Shown piece by piece: positions 20,647 to 30,885 of a stretch of DNA of 64,000 nucleotides (positions within the stretch are counted from its first letter, which is position 1; every line of letters starts with the position of its first letter). The position numbers were made by a program, and so were the translations under genes. The stretch is from IMG/VR virus record IMGVR_UViG_3300026302_000005, positions 128,001-192,000 of that record; one strand, given 5' to 3'. Source of the stretch: a virus (lineage: Duplodnaviria > Heunggongvirae > Uroviricota > Caudoviricetes). Below the pieces are notes generated by a model. That model made no database searches and was not told the origin of the DNA. It worked only from the letters and a program-made list of their open reading frames with translations.

Positions 20647-20958
20647 ATGGCCTACAGCTATGCAACACAAAGAAAAATCCGGATCATCGAGGAACGACTT
20701 GGTTCGGATTGGGCAGACCAACGCCCGGGTTTGAGCATCGACGCGATCTACAACCAGATCATCGGGGATGACCGCAAAAACCTGTTCTGCAAGATCAGTG
20801 GATCGGCCAAAGACAACCTCGACACGATGACCCAGTTCCACAAGACCGGGATGGCTGAGTTCATCGAAAGCCTTATCCACGCGGAATGGATGCGGTTCTC
20901 GGATCGGGCTCGGGAAGTCGAGCAAGTCATGTTGCGGGAATTCTCCGGTTCTTCTTGA
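20647..20958 (+). CDS. Hypothetical late protein
   Basis: TAAATA at about 20619 and GGAG RBS; 103 aa. Confidence 0.7.
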   Translation: MAYSYATQRKIRIIEERLGSDWADQRPGLSIDAIYNQIIGDDRKNLFCKISGSAKDNLDTMTQFHKTGMAEFIESLIHAEWMRFSDRAREVEQVMLREFSGSS

Positions 20959-21010
20959 CAACCTGGTCCTAAAGGGGGTATCTTCTTCCATGTAAGAATG
21001 GAAGAGAATC

Positions 21011-22375
21011 ATGAAGACGTATATCCCCAATGGACCATGCCTGGTGGTCCTGGTCGGCCCCTCCGGTGGGGGCAAGTCCACGTTCACGCAGAAGTATTTT
21101 GAACCTCGTGAGGTTGTGTCTTCGGACGACCTCCGCGAATGGTTCACTGGCGACTTCCAGCGACAGGACAAGAATCAGGAAGTGTTTGAAGAGTTTCGTC
21201 GTCGCATCGAAGTCCCGTTGAAAGCTGGACAGCGAGTTGTGGCCGATGCCACGCACATTCGTGATAGCGAACGTCGGCAGACCGCCGAGATCGGATACAT
21301 GATGAATGTTCCGGTCTACTACGTGGTGATCAACCGCTCTGTTATCGGGAAGATGCAGACTGGTGGATGGTGTAACTCCGTTCGCATGAGCGGTGGCACG
21401 TCACTGATCGAATCGCACGAAGAAACCTTCATGGCCAATGAAGCCAAGATTCTGGCCGGTGACAATTGCAAGTGGGTTACGGTCATCGACACCCGTCGGG
21501 AAGACCTTGATCTGGTGGTGGCCAAAGCTCTGCCTCGTGATCCTCTGGAGGGACTTCGGTTCCTCTACAATCGGGGATTCCGGAAGATTCGAGTCATTCC
21601 GGATGTCCATGGCAATCTGGAAGGGTTGAAGTCGGTTCTGTCCACGGTGGACGATAAGACTTTCTGCCTGTTCCTGGGTGACATCGTTGACTACGGCACA
21701 GCTTCGTGGGAGTGCGTGGATATCGTCGAGCAGATGGTCTCGAACGGACTGGCCGTGATGGTTCGTGGTAACCATGATCGGAAGATCGCCCGGTATGTCC
21801 AGCAGACCATCAACGGCGGAGAATTCACCGGTCATATCGGGCTCGGAAACGATGTCACGATCAACCAGGTGAAAGCCATGCATCCGTCCTGGGCCATGAA
21901 AATCCAGACCCGGTTCCTGAGCCTCATGGAACAGACTCCGGATTGGATTGAACTCGGGGACTGGTTGTTCGTGCATGCCGCCGTAGATGCGAAGATGTTC
22001 GGTAACACTCTGTTCCGTGCCCATCGCAACTCCTATTTGGAAACCATGGCTCTCTACGGGGAAACTCAGGGAGACGAGGTAACCGAGAAGGGATACCCGG
22101 TTCGCACTTACGGCTGGATCGAGACGGTTCCGGATCGGAAGAATGCTGTTCTGGGTCATCAGATTCTGTCGGTGGTTGCCCCGGTCGAGAAGCGGACCCC
22201 CACGGGTGGTCGGCTGATCTTTCTGGATACCGGAAGCAGCAAGGAAGTGGATGATGTTTCCGGGTTCCTGTCCTATCTGGACATGGACATTGTGGACGAA
22301 TCCACCGGTCGGCGACAGGATGGGATTCTCCGGAAGCTCAGGCTGATCCCGCAAGATGCCTATGGGCGTGAATGA
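21011..22375 (+). CDS. Polynucleotide kinase-phosphatase (P-loop kinase plus calcineurin-like metallophosphoesterase, no ligase domain)
   Basis: GPSGGGKST, VVSSDDLR, VVADAT; DVHG, GDIVD, RGNHD, FVHA, LGH, LDTG. A TTGACA promoter lies at 20955. Confidence 0.9.
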   Translation: MKTYIPNGPCLVVLVGPSGGGKSTFTQKYFEPREVVSSDDLREWFTGDFQRQDKNQEVFEEFRRRIEVPLKAGQRVVADATHIRDSERRQTAEIGYMMNVPVYYVVINRSVIGKMQTGGWCNSVRMSGGTSLIESHEETFMANEAKILAGDNCKWVTVIDTRREDLDLVVAKALPRDPLEGLRFLYNRGFRKIRVIPDVHGNLEGLKSVLSTVDDKTFCLFLGDIVDYGTASWECVDIVEQMVSNGLAVMVRGNHDRKIARYVQQTINGGEFTGHIGLGNDVTINQVKAMHPSWAMKIQTRFLSLMEQTPDWIELGDWLFVHAAVDAKMFGNTLFRAHRNSYLETMALYGETQGDEVTEKGYPVRTYGWIETVPDRKNAVLGHQILSVVAPVEKRTPTGGRLIFLDTGSSKEVDDVSGFLSYLDMDIVDESTGRRQDGILRKLRLIPQDAYGRE

Positions 22376-22400
22376 AAAGGGGCCCCGAGGGGCCCCTTTT
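22375..22400. terminator. Bidirectional terminator
   Basis: AAAAGGGGCCCC-GAG-GGGGCCCCTTTT. Confidence 0.85.
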
Positions 22401-22402
22401 GG

Positions 22403-25400
22403 TTAGATGGCAGAGTTGTTGTAGTATTCCACGATGATCCGTCCTGCTCCCACCGTGGGCACACCGGTGACGACCTGAATACGAAGGTTTTCTGCGGCAC
22501 CCGTGGTATTGCGGTAGTTGATGCTGGACTCGTAAGTTCCGACGACCTGGGCATCAATATCGACCTGATCCATGATATCACCACCGGTAACCATGTTGAC
22601 CTGGATGTTAGCGAGGTTGTCATAGGCAGTATCGATGTAGACCCGGACCCGAAGAATACGACCATTGTTCGGGATCGACCCGATGATCGTGTTGTTTACC
22701 AGGGCAAAAGACCCTTCAAGAACTTGGACTCCATTACCGGCGACGGCAAGCTGGCTGGCTAGAGCCGTGACCCCGATTTTACGGTTGTTCGTGCCGTTGA
22801 AATACGGGAACGTGTCTGTTCCAACCAAGGTAGCATCGGTGGTCAGACCGTTGATGTCCAATCCAACAGTTGGGTTACCAGCGACACCGTTGCCGTTGGT
22901 GATGACCACGCCTTCTTGACCAGCCGTGGCCGAGGCCGTGATGGTGCGGCTGGCATAGGTGTTGGCTGCGGTGCGTGTCAGAATGCCGTTGGCCGCAGCC
23001 GTAACGATGTTGAGGTCAGCCAGGATGTTGGTCCATGACCGGAATTCAGCCTGGTTGGCAGCGGCGGATCGGAAATACGGAACCGTATCGGCGAGTAGCA
23101 CGACGTTGGTGCCGACCATCAGGTTGTTGGTGAACGCGATGGTGGTTGGGCCCGTGCCGGTGATCGAAATACCACGACCGGCAGTCATGGACGCGGTGAA
23201 GTTTGCGACCGTAAGGATGCTCAGATCGCTGAGGATGTTTCCCCAAGACCGGAATTCCGGGGCGTTGGCGTTGGATGCATCGAAATAAGGAACGGTGTCA
23301 GCCGCCAGCACCGAACCGACGTCAGCCAAACCAGCACGGCTAAAGCTTACCGTGAGTGTATCAGTTGCAGCGACACCAGCAATGGTGATACCATCACCAG
23401 CAGTCAGGTTGAGGGTATCACCGGGGGTATCAGATACGATTGACGTATCACCGGTGGTGTTACCGGCTGTAGTGATGGTTCCGAATGAGTTCGATCCTGA
23501 AATGGATGCAGTAGTGATGAATTCAAATGTGTTGGATGTGTCATTCCACTGAATGATCTGGTTACCACCAGCATCGATAGCGGTCAACGTGGTCAGGGTG
23601 TTGGCGGCGTTTGCCACCAGGACGCTAAATGCCGGAATCGCGGTCAGACCGGTTCCGCCGTTCGCAACAGCAACCGTGCCAGTTCTGATGTTACGATCTG
23701 CGATGATGTTGGCAAACGATCTGAACTGAGGAGTTGTTCCACCCGAGAAGAACGGAACGGTGTCGGTCGCCAACGTCGCGGTGTCCACCATCAAGTTGTT
23801 GGTGAAGTTGATAGTTGAGCCGGTGATGCCAATACCACGACCAGCCGTTACAGCAGTCGCTAGGTTACCTGTCGTGATGATGCTGAGGTCAGCAATGATG
23901 TTGTTCCAGGTGCGGAATTCCGCCTGGTTACCGTTTGAGGCATCGAAGAATGGAACAGTATCAGTGCCCAGGACCGTAATTGTTCCAACCATCAGGTTGT
24001 TAGTGAAGCTGATGGTTGAACCGGTGATGTTGATACCACGACCAGCCGTGACCGCCGTCGAAAGGTTTGTTGTCGTGATGATGCTGAGATCGGTGAGGAT
24101 GCCACTCCAGGTCTGAGACGCTGGGGCAAAAGCGTTGGATGCATCAAAGAACGGAACGGTGTCGGTTCCAACAATTGAGGTAGTTGGTGTCAGGCCGTTG
24201 TTCGAGAAGGCGATGGTGGGTCCGGAAATGGTGATACCATCGCCCGCGACATAGTTGGTTCCCAGTGTGGACCATGAACCAGCCTGATACCCTTCGAACG
24301 TGCTGAGGGTGCTGTTGTAACGGATCATACCGTTGACTGGGGTCGCGGGACGAGCCGTTGTGATACCGGACGGAAGTTGCAGGGCATCGGAAGTGGCAAT
24401 AACGACTGATGCACCACCACCACCGGACGGACGAACCGTAACCGTATCTACGCCACTGTTGACCATGACCATGGTGCCGGAGCCGGAGCGACGGATACCC
24501 GTGGTTGGATCGGCGTCAAATTGAACGCCCGGGCTACCTACGGTGCCGTCAGCAAGACGAACCCGTGCAGTTCCGGTCATGACCAAGTTGCCGGTCATGG
24601 CATCGCCAGCCTTTTCGACCCAGATATCGCCAGCACCGCCAGCCACGAGACCCAGGTTGGTCCGGGCAGTAACAACGTTGGCTACGTCAGACAGGTTGTT
24701 GGCAACCTGGAGGAAGCCCGCAGCACTTACGCCGTCCAGAAGGTCTGCATCCAGACCGGAGCCTGCCCCATCGTTACCCTGGTGCCAGATTTGGAAGGTT
24801 GTGCCGATGATCCCGATTTCCCACCGGTCAAGAACTTCGTTCCAGATCAGAGTGGCATCGGTGAGCGATCCACGATCAACAACTAGACCAGCAGAACCAA
24901 GCGTGACACCGGCACCAACTTCGCCGTTGTTCAGGGTGATCGTGTTGTCGGTGATGGCCAGGTTGGCGGAGTTGATCGTCGAGGTGGTTCCGTTGACGTT
25001 CAGGTTACCCTGAATAGTCACGTCACTGGTGAACACGGCATCCTGACCACCATCGATGGTTAGGGCGGTAACACCGTTGGTGGCAAAACCAATCGTGTTG
25101 GCGGCGGCACGATAAAAGCCGGTATCGAGATCGCTGGTGAATGTGATAGATGGTGCCGCAGCCGAGCCGTTGGCAAATGTGCCTACGCCGGTGACGGTCA
25201 GGTTGGTAACCGTGAGGTTGCCGGTGTTAGCAACCAGTGATACCCAGTTGGTGCCGTTGTAGATATACGGCTCACCCAAACCACCTTGACGGAGATAGAA
25301 GTCACCGACACGAAGAATGTCGATGGGGGGTTGGTGGGGTTACTGTGGGGTCGGCTGTCCCCTGGTAAATCGTCGCACCCCGTAGCTGGATACGAAATTG

Positions 25401-25439
25401 TGCCTCGGTGGTTCCGCGAAGGTTACTAAAGGTTGTCAT
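22403..25439 (-). CDS. Tail fibre protein (about 1010 aa), split by a +1 frameshift in a C6 run at 25325-25330
   Basis: ATG at 25439 encodes MTTFSNLRGTTEAQFRIQLRGATIYQGTADPTVTPPTP. The +1 frame continues IDILRVGDFYLRQGGLGEPYIY into ORF 22403-25279, which shares modules with the other fibre. Confidence 0.78.
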
Positions 25440-25442
25440 GAT

Positions 25443-25856
25443 TTATCCAGTTACAAGAGACGGCTTCTTCCTATTTACCAGATCAATACGACGTTTCTTG
25501 ACCCGCTTCAAATAGTGATCGGTGATCGAATAGACGGGCCCGATGGGATCGATCTCCAAACCCTTTCGCGGAATGACAGATAGTGATTCGTTGAACCGGT
25601 CGAACTGTCGGCCAATATAGCAGTCGATGGGAAGAGACATGCCAGACTCCCACCACCACCGGTCTGCATGTTCCATGAACACCACCTTGTCACGATCCTC
25701 GATCTTTGCGAGATCGTAGAACGAGATGAACCTGGCATTGCCGTTTTGCACGACGCCGCACCGCCACTCGTTGGTGTCCTTCATAATCATGAACGTCAAA
25801 AACTCGTGTTGCGCACGAGTTTTCTCAATCAAATCCAGCAAATCATCTTGTATCAA
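25443..25856 (-). CDS. Hypothetical protein
   Basis: 137-aa ORF with a WWWES..LPI motif, coupled to both neighbours. Confidence 0.75.
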   Translation of the reverse strand: MIQDDLLDLIEKTRAQHEFLTFMIMKDTNEWRCGVVQNGNARFISFYDLAKIEDRDKVVFMEHADRWWWESGMSLPIDCYIGRQFDRFNESLSVIPRKGLEIDPIGPVYSITDHYLKRVKKRRIDLVNRKKPSLVTG

Positions 25857-28240
25857 AGTTCATATCCCATGACGTAGGCCGACACAACCAATCCACCGAA
25901 TGTTCCCAAAGCCGGGGAGTTCACTTGTAGGGTGATGGTGTTAACCGAGTTTGGCGTCTCTGCTCCCTGGTCGGGATCGATATACACGGCCTGATCGCCC
26001 GCACCGGCAGGACCCCAAGTCAGTGTGGCGTTGTTGACAATCTGATCAAAGATTGGTCCACCAGTTCCGACCGATACCACCGGGTCAATCGGGCTCACCC
26101 CCGGGCTGTAGGAGGACGTAACCAGAATGATCTTGGTGATGATGTGTTGCTTACCCAGCGGGAGCGTGTAGATCGGGAATGTCTGTCCAATCACTGCGGC
26201 AACCAAATTGATACCGGTGATCGACCCCAACACTCGCTGAACAGCTAGGCCGTTCAGGTAGTTCAGGGTTACTGCGTCCTGTGGATCGGTTGGATCGACG
26301 ACGTTTTTGACCTGTTTGGTGTGTGCATCGATCTGGGTTGCCGTGACGGAAAGCTCGTTCACCCCGGCGAATGAGAACCGAAGTCCACCGCCATTGACCC
26401 ACATACCTGCGTCAGGGTTGCCGACGAATGAATACGATGGGGTAGCTGCTGCTGGGGTGGCAGTTGTCCGAATCAGTGGGGCCCGTCCACCCAGGGTGGA
26501 TTGGTAGTCAGCCGTAGTCCACGCATGGACGCCCACGGTGAGTGGTAGAGCGGTGTTGATGATCTGGTTACCGGCCATATCGAGATCGCCCAACATGGTT
26601 TGCGATCCATCCCGGGCCAGTTTCTCTGTGTCGAGTTCGGTGATCGCACCCTGAACGTTGATCGATGTGATGTTTCCGCCCGGGAGGTTTGTGATTTGAA
26701 CAGCGGAATAGTCACCCGACGCCGAAATGACGTTGCCTGTGCGACCAAACACGCTGCGAACCGCTGCTGGAAGCAGGTTGTAAGCACCACCGGTGTTGTT
26801 CCAAGTCAACACGAATCCGTCTTCCGCCACACCCGGTGAACCCGTGATGACATCGCTGAGATCATTCAGAGCTATTGTCGATGATGGCAGGTTGATCAGG
26901 TCGTTGTAGTCGCCAGAGATGGCTACCAATGCCAGTCCGAGGTTACCCTGGGCGGCAGCGATGTTGGTTAGGTCGGCAAGGTTGCTTGAGGTTTGAAGGT
27001 AGCGGGTATCGTTATAGTTGCGATCACCCACATGAGTTCCGGCAGTCGGTGCAGCCGGGTTAGACAGGATGTTTCCACCCATGCTGAGGTCGCCCGTCAT
27101 GGGATCGTTGGTGCCATCCAGTCGCAGATATACGGTGTTGGCAAATGTCGTGGTGATCGCCGATAGTGGGGTTCCGGGAACAGCCGGGAGGTTGGCCAGA
27201 TCGGACCCACCGAAATCAACAGTGGTATTGGTGAACACATACGGCGTTCCATCAATATCCAGTGTCAGTTCGCCTGCTACGGAGTTATCCATAAAGGTCA
27301 GTCCACCCGCATCCAACACGATGGGGTTGCCGTCCATGTCGATGACCCCGGCCATAACACCACCGGACAGCGGTAGGAACTGGGTATCGACATAGTTCTT
27401 GGTAGCTGCATCTTGTGGGGCCAAAGGATCGAGCAGGCTGGTGATTGCTGCACCATCCATATCAAGACCGGTGATGGTCCATGTGTATTCGACACCAGAT
27501 ACGTTCAACACTACGGTGTCATCGACCAGAGCATTCAGACTGGTATCCCCGTCGATGTCGAGAACGATAGTGTTCCCGTTCATATCGATGGGGCCCAACA
27601 TGGTTCCGCCGATCAACGGCAGGAATGAACCGGTTCCGAGGACTGCGGCGTCCACATAGTTCTTTGTGGCGACATCCTGGGGGTTGACCGGGTTCAGGGC
27701 GTTGATACCGCGTTGACCGTTGAAGCTGAGGCTTTGTGTCGGTGGTAGAAGATCAGCGAATTCGTATCCGGTGCCGATGGTTCCATTCAGCACGTCAGCA
27801 ATGAGTTCGACCGATCCCACACCAACACCGGTGGAGACGATCATCTGACCGGCAGCAGTGAAATCGAGGTTGGAATATGCCGCATCGATTTGAACCTGAA
27901 TCGGCCCGGTCACACCAATCAGGTGGTTGATTTCGACAGCCGTGGCGTTGACCTGTGACAGTTTTTGTAGATCGGCCTGGGTCAATCCGAATGCGTTCAT
28001 ACCGGCCAGCAAGTTCAGGTCGAGACCACTGACGAAGACGTTGGCGATACCAACAGGGCCAGCAGAGTCGTTCAGCTTGCCATCCAGGATGCCCTGGAGA
28101 CCGATAACACTGGTGATCGGAATACTGCCACCGCCACCCATACCGGCCCCACAGGGGTGGTTCAGGATCAGTGGGGGTGTGGTAAGGCTGGTTTCGTAGC
28201 TGGCACTTGCGCATACCCCAGAATTGATTGTAACGGACAT
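25853..28240 (-). CDS. Tail fibre-related structural protein
   Basis: Repeated P..PQD(A/V)ATKNYVD and GG.M.G.IDM.GN fibre motifs. Confidence 0.75.
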   Translation of the reverse strand: MSVTINSGVCASASYETSLTTPPLILNHPCGAGMGGGGSIPITSVIGLQGILDGKLNDSAGPVGIANVFVSGLDLNLLAGMNAFGLTQADLQKLSQVNATAVEINHLIGVTGPIQVQIDAAYSNLDFTAAGQMIVSTGVGVGSVELIADVLNGTIGTGYEFADLLPPTQSLSFNGQRGINALNPVNPQDVATKNYVDAAVLGTGSFLPLIGGTMLGPIDMNGNTIVLDIDGDTSLNALVDDTVVLNVSGVEYTWTITGLDMDGAAITSLLDPLAPQDAATKNYVDTQFLPLSGGVMAGVIDMDGNPIVLDAGGLTFMDNSVAGELTLDIDGTPYVFTNTTVDFGGSDLANLPAVPGTPLSAITTTFANTVYLRLDGTNDPMTGDLSMGGNILSNPAAPTAGTHVGDRNYNDTRYLQTSSNLADLTNIAAAQGNLGLALVAISGDYNDLINLPSSTIALNDLSDVITGSPGVAEDGFVLTWNNTGGAYNLLPAAVRSVFGRTGNVISASGDYSAVQITNLPGGNITSINVQGAITELDTEKLARDGSQTMLGDLDMAGNQIINTALPLTVGVHAWTTADYQSTLGGRAPLIRTTATPAAATPSYSFVGNPDAGMWVNGGGLRFSFAGVNELSVTATQIDAHTKQVKNVVDPTDPQDAVTLNYLNGLAVQRVLGSITGINLVAAVIGQTFPIYTLPLGKQHIITKIILVTSSYSPGVSPIDPVVSVGTGGPIFDQIVNNATLTWGPAGAGDQAVYIDPDQGAETPNSVNTITLQVNSPALGTFGGLVVSAYVMGYEL

Positions 28241-28246
28241 TGGCGA

Positions 28247-28870
28247 TTACCTCAGCATTGCGATGTTTGTGATGGCACCGGCCCGGAAGGTCCCCGGAGT
28301 GATGCCGATGTCGTTCAGAGGAGTTCCAACCACGTTCGCCAGGATCAGCGGAGTTCCGTCCGTCCGATAGATGCGAAGAACCGTCGGGGTGGGGGTGTCA
28401 GCGAAGATGATACCGGTCAATTGGATGGCCGGGGTTCCATTGATGGCGTTGGCTACCAATGAGGCGGTATCGCCGAGGCTCACGTTCACCGTGATACCGT
28501 TGATCGTGAACGATCCGTTTGCAGATACCGACGAGCCACCCACACCGTGTGCGGCTGACCAGTAGTTACCAGTGCGACAGATCACTCGAATGGATGAGAA
28601 CTCCCCTTCGGCCTCATAGGACCAGGTTCCGCCCTCGTTATCGATAATCATCTCGGCGATGTCGAACCACAGGGTTGTCTGATCGGTTTTTCCAGGATCA
28701 CCAACACTGGCTTGAACATGAATGGTTCCGGTGAACGGGCGGGCAGGATCACACTGGAATGCCATCCGCTGGACAGCATTCTGATCGCGGCTACGCTTGG
28801 ATGCCGGGACCTTTGGATTCTCGGTGACACCGCTGATCCCACCAAGATTTTCGTAAGTTAGTGCTACCAT
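28247..28870 (-). CDS. Virion structural protein
   Basis: Beta-rich 207-aa ORF with a minus-strand TAAATA at about 28893-28898. Confidence 0.65.
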   Translation of the reverse strand: MVALTYENLGGISGVTENPKVPASKRSRDQNAVQRMAFQCDPARPFTGTIHVQASVGDPGKTDQTTLWFDIAEMIIDNEGGTWSYEAEGEFSSIRVICRTGNYWSAAHGVGGSSVSANGSFTINGITVNVSLGDTASLVANAINGTPAIQLTGIIFADTPTPTVLRIYRTDGTPLILANVVGTPLNDIGITPGTFRAGAITNIAMLR

Positions 28871-28896
28871 GACCTGTTTTCCTTATTCATCCGTAT

Positions 28897-29394
28897 TTAT
28901 GACCTGGGAAAGCGGATCAGTTCCGCAATCGGCATACTGGCAGCATGATCCATCTGAATAACCCCAAACCGGCCACCTTTGGAACTGATCTGCATCGGAA
29001 ATACCTGGTCTTCATCATTCACAGCAAACAACGACCAGTAGAGACGATTGCCGAATATGTGATTCCCCAGGAGGAGCGTGTCGGCCTCTGACAACAGCAT
29101 TTCGACCTCTGATGCATAGGGATCATCTATCAATAGTCGCTTGTTCAGCAGGATTTCGGATTGCCCTTGGCTGATTGTTGCCGATGCCGATGGGGTCGAT
29201 TTCCAAACCACGAACTGTAGGGTGAAACGCCGTAGGTTCAACGGAACCCCATCCTGATTTCCAAATGAAAAAACAATGACTTCCGTCATACTTGGGGTAA
29301 TTCGAAACTCCCCGTCGGCCAGTCGATTCTGACGCCCCGGAAGCTGCACCTGGACACGCGGAACGTTGTATTGGATGTTGTAGGTGGTGGACAT
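28897..29394 (-). CDS. Virion structural protein (baseplate-anchoring Ig-like?)
   Basis: 165 aa, with a minus-strand TAAATA at about 29422-29427. Confidence 0.6.
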   Translation of the reverse strand: MSTTYNIQYNVPRVQVQLPGRQNRLADGEFRITPSMTEVIVFSFGNQDGVPLNLRRFTLQFVVWKSTPSASATISQGQSEILLNKRLLIDDPYASEVEMLLSEADTLLLGNHIFGNRLYWSLFAVNDEDQVFPMQISSKGGRFGVIQMDHAASMPIAELIRFPRS

Positions 29395-29469
29395 TCGGGG
29401 TTTCTTCCTTGATGATCCTTGTATTTATCGGTAGATACCCTCACCGAGCAACTATATGAAAGTTACCTT

Positions 29470-29937
29470 ATGAAGCGATTCCTCGCCACCATTTTGCTGT
29501 CTCTGACGCTGACTACCCCAACCCTAGCCAAGGATTGCTCCAAGCAAGATTCGGCTGTTCAATGCCTCGCCTGCAACATCTATCATGAGGCTCGTGGCGA
29601 AGACCTCCGTGGTATGATGGCCGTGGCCCTTGTGACCGTAAACCGGATGGAGTCGGGTGAGTTCCCCGATTCGATATGCCGAGTGGTGTGGCAGTCTGGG
29701 CCGCAATTCTCCTGGACCCAGGATGGAGAGAGTGACCAGATGAGTGAACCAGGACCAGCACGTCAATCCATGCAAGTGGCATTGATGGTTCTTGCGAATA
29801 CCGATGCCCATTACGAAACAACCGGGTTGAATCCCAACGTCATGTGGTTCCACAACGGATCGGTGAAGCCCGACTGGATGAGACGTTTTGATCGTGTGGC
29901 ACGGATTGGAGGGCATACCTTCTATGAAAAACCCTGA
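29470..29937 (+). CDS. Cell wall hydrolase, SleB/Hydrolase_2 family, with signal peptide
   Basis: CLACNIYHEARGE, AVALVTVNR, FPDSICRVVWQ, QFSW, IGGHTFY. Confidence 0.92.
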   Translation: MKRFLATILLSLTLTTPTLAKDCSKQDSAVQCLACNIYHEARGEDLRGMMAVALVTVNRMESGEFPDSICRVVWQSGPQFSWTQDGESDQMSEPGPARQSMQVALMVLANTDAHYETTGLNPNVMWFHNGSVKPDWMRRFDRVARIGGHTFYEKP

Positions 29938-30002
29938 TAGTTCCAGCAATGTGGTCCGAGTGGCTAAATATCAACGATACTTCTCGGCTGGAGGAAACCG
30001 CT

Positions 30003-30644
30003 ATGCCCATTAACTTCACGACCAACATCGCTCCGTTGTATGCAACCAACGTGATCACCGATGCTGCTTATCTCGCCATCCCGACCACTCGTCGCAACAA
30101 CACCTTTGAGCAAAACGTATTGACTCAGATCGAAGTCACTCGTGCTATGATGGAGTCGCTTCGTGATGAAGACCAGGCCCGGATGTTCCACTACGCCATG
30201 AGCCGCATGCTCGCTGGTGTTGCAATCGACCGCATCTATGATGATCTGACCGTCAAAGTGTCTGGCAATGTGGCACAGCCTCAACTGGCTGCTGTCAACG
30301 GCGATACCATTCGAGTGATCACCGCCACCGGCACCAACAACATCACGTTGGCTGGTGCTCCGTTCGCTTCGGCAGACGCTCTGGCAACCGCGATCAACTC
30401 TGGCTTCACCACGGTAACCCAAGTTCGTGCATTCGCCGTGAATGGTCGCATCGAGTTCCGCAACGTCACGCCGCACATTGGTGTCGAGTTCACTCTTGGT
30501 TATCACACCACCGGCACCCGTCTTCTGGACAAGCTCGGTATTGAAGCTGCAACCTATCGTAACCCGGTTGCTGCTCGTGCCAATGCTTCTCGTGATGATG
30601 CCCTGTCGCACTTCCAGCGTGTGGCTAACCCGCTGAACCCGTAA
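30003..30644 (+). CDS. Abundant late/virion protein
   Basis: TAAATA at about 29965, strong GGAGG RBS, biased codons and a downstream terminator. Confidence 0.7.
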   Translation: MPINFTTNIAPLYATNVITDAAYLAIPTTRRNNTFEQNVLTQIEVTRAMMESLRDEDQARMFHYAMSRMLAGVAIDRIYDDLTVKVSGNVAQPQLAAVNGDTIRVITATGTNNITLAGAPFASADALATAINSGFTTVTQVRAFAVNGRIEFRNVTPHIGVEFTLGYHTTGTRLLDKLGIEAATYRNPVAARANASRDDALSHFQRVANPLNP

Positions 30645-30662
30645 TCCGGTTCAACCCGTTTT

Positions 30663-30692
30663 GAAAAAGCCGTCCTTCGGGGCGGCTTTTTT
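30663..30692 (+). terminator. Intrinsic terminator
   Basis: AAAAAGCCGTCC-TTCG-GGGCGGCTTTTTT. Confidence 0.85.
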
Positions 30693-30746
30693 CTTGACAT
30701 ATGATCGCAATCCTGTTACCCAAGGGTATCATAAAGGGGGTTGAGA

Positions 30747-30875
30747 ATGAGTCGCATCATCTTTGGTCTGATCGTAGTGGCATCGTTCTTGGTGGGCTTC
30801 ATGCTTCACCGCTGGGCATGCGACACGTTTTTCCCCAATATTGGAACCGCATCCTGCATCATCATGCTTCAATAA
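30747..30875 (+). CDS. Small membrane protein (42 aa)
   Basis: Manual translation MSRIIFGLIVVASFLVGFMLHRWACDTFFPNIGTASCIIMLQ, with one predicted TM segment. Confidence 0.5.
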   Translation: MSRIIFGLIVVASFLVGFMLHRWACDTFFPNIGTASCIIMLQ

Positions 30876-30885
30876 GGGGATCACC

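Larger units (their letters stand above)
15655..24720 (-). repeat. Dispersed near-identical repeats of about 120 bp encoding ANNLSD(V/L).N..TARTNLGLVAGGAGDIWVEKAGD.M
   Basis: Copies at about 15655-15780 (diverged), 16105-16225, 17075-17200, 17955-18075 and 24590-24720. Confidence 0.85.

Noticed and set aside
20459-20734. 91-aa ORF overlapping the tmRNA 3' part
   Set aside because: It runs through the tmRNA and its terminator and is spurious.
15655-24720. Repeats considered as a CRISPR array or a DGR template/variable-repeat pair
   Set aside because: They are in-frame coding modules with long irregular spacing. I saw no adenine-specific mismatch pattern, and there is no reverse transcriptase or cas operon in the window.
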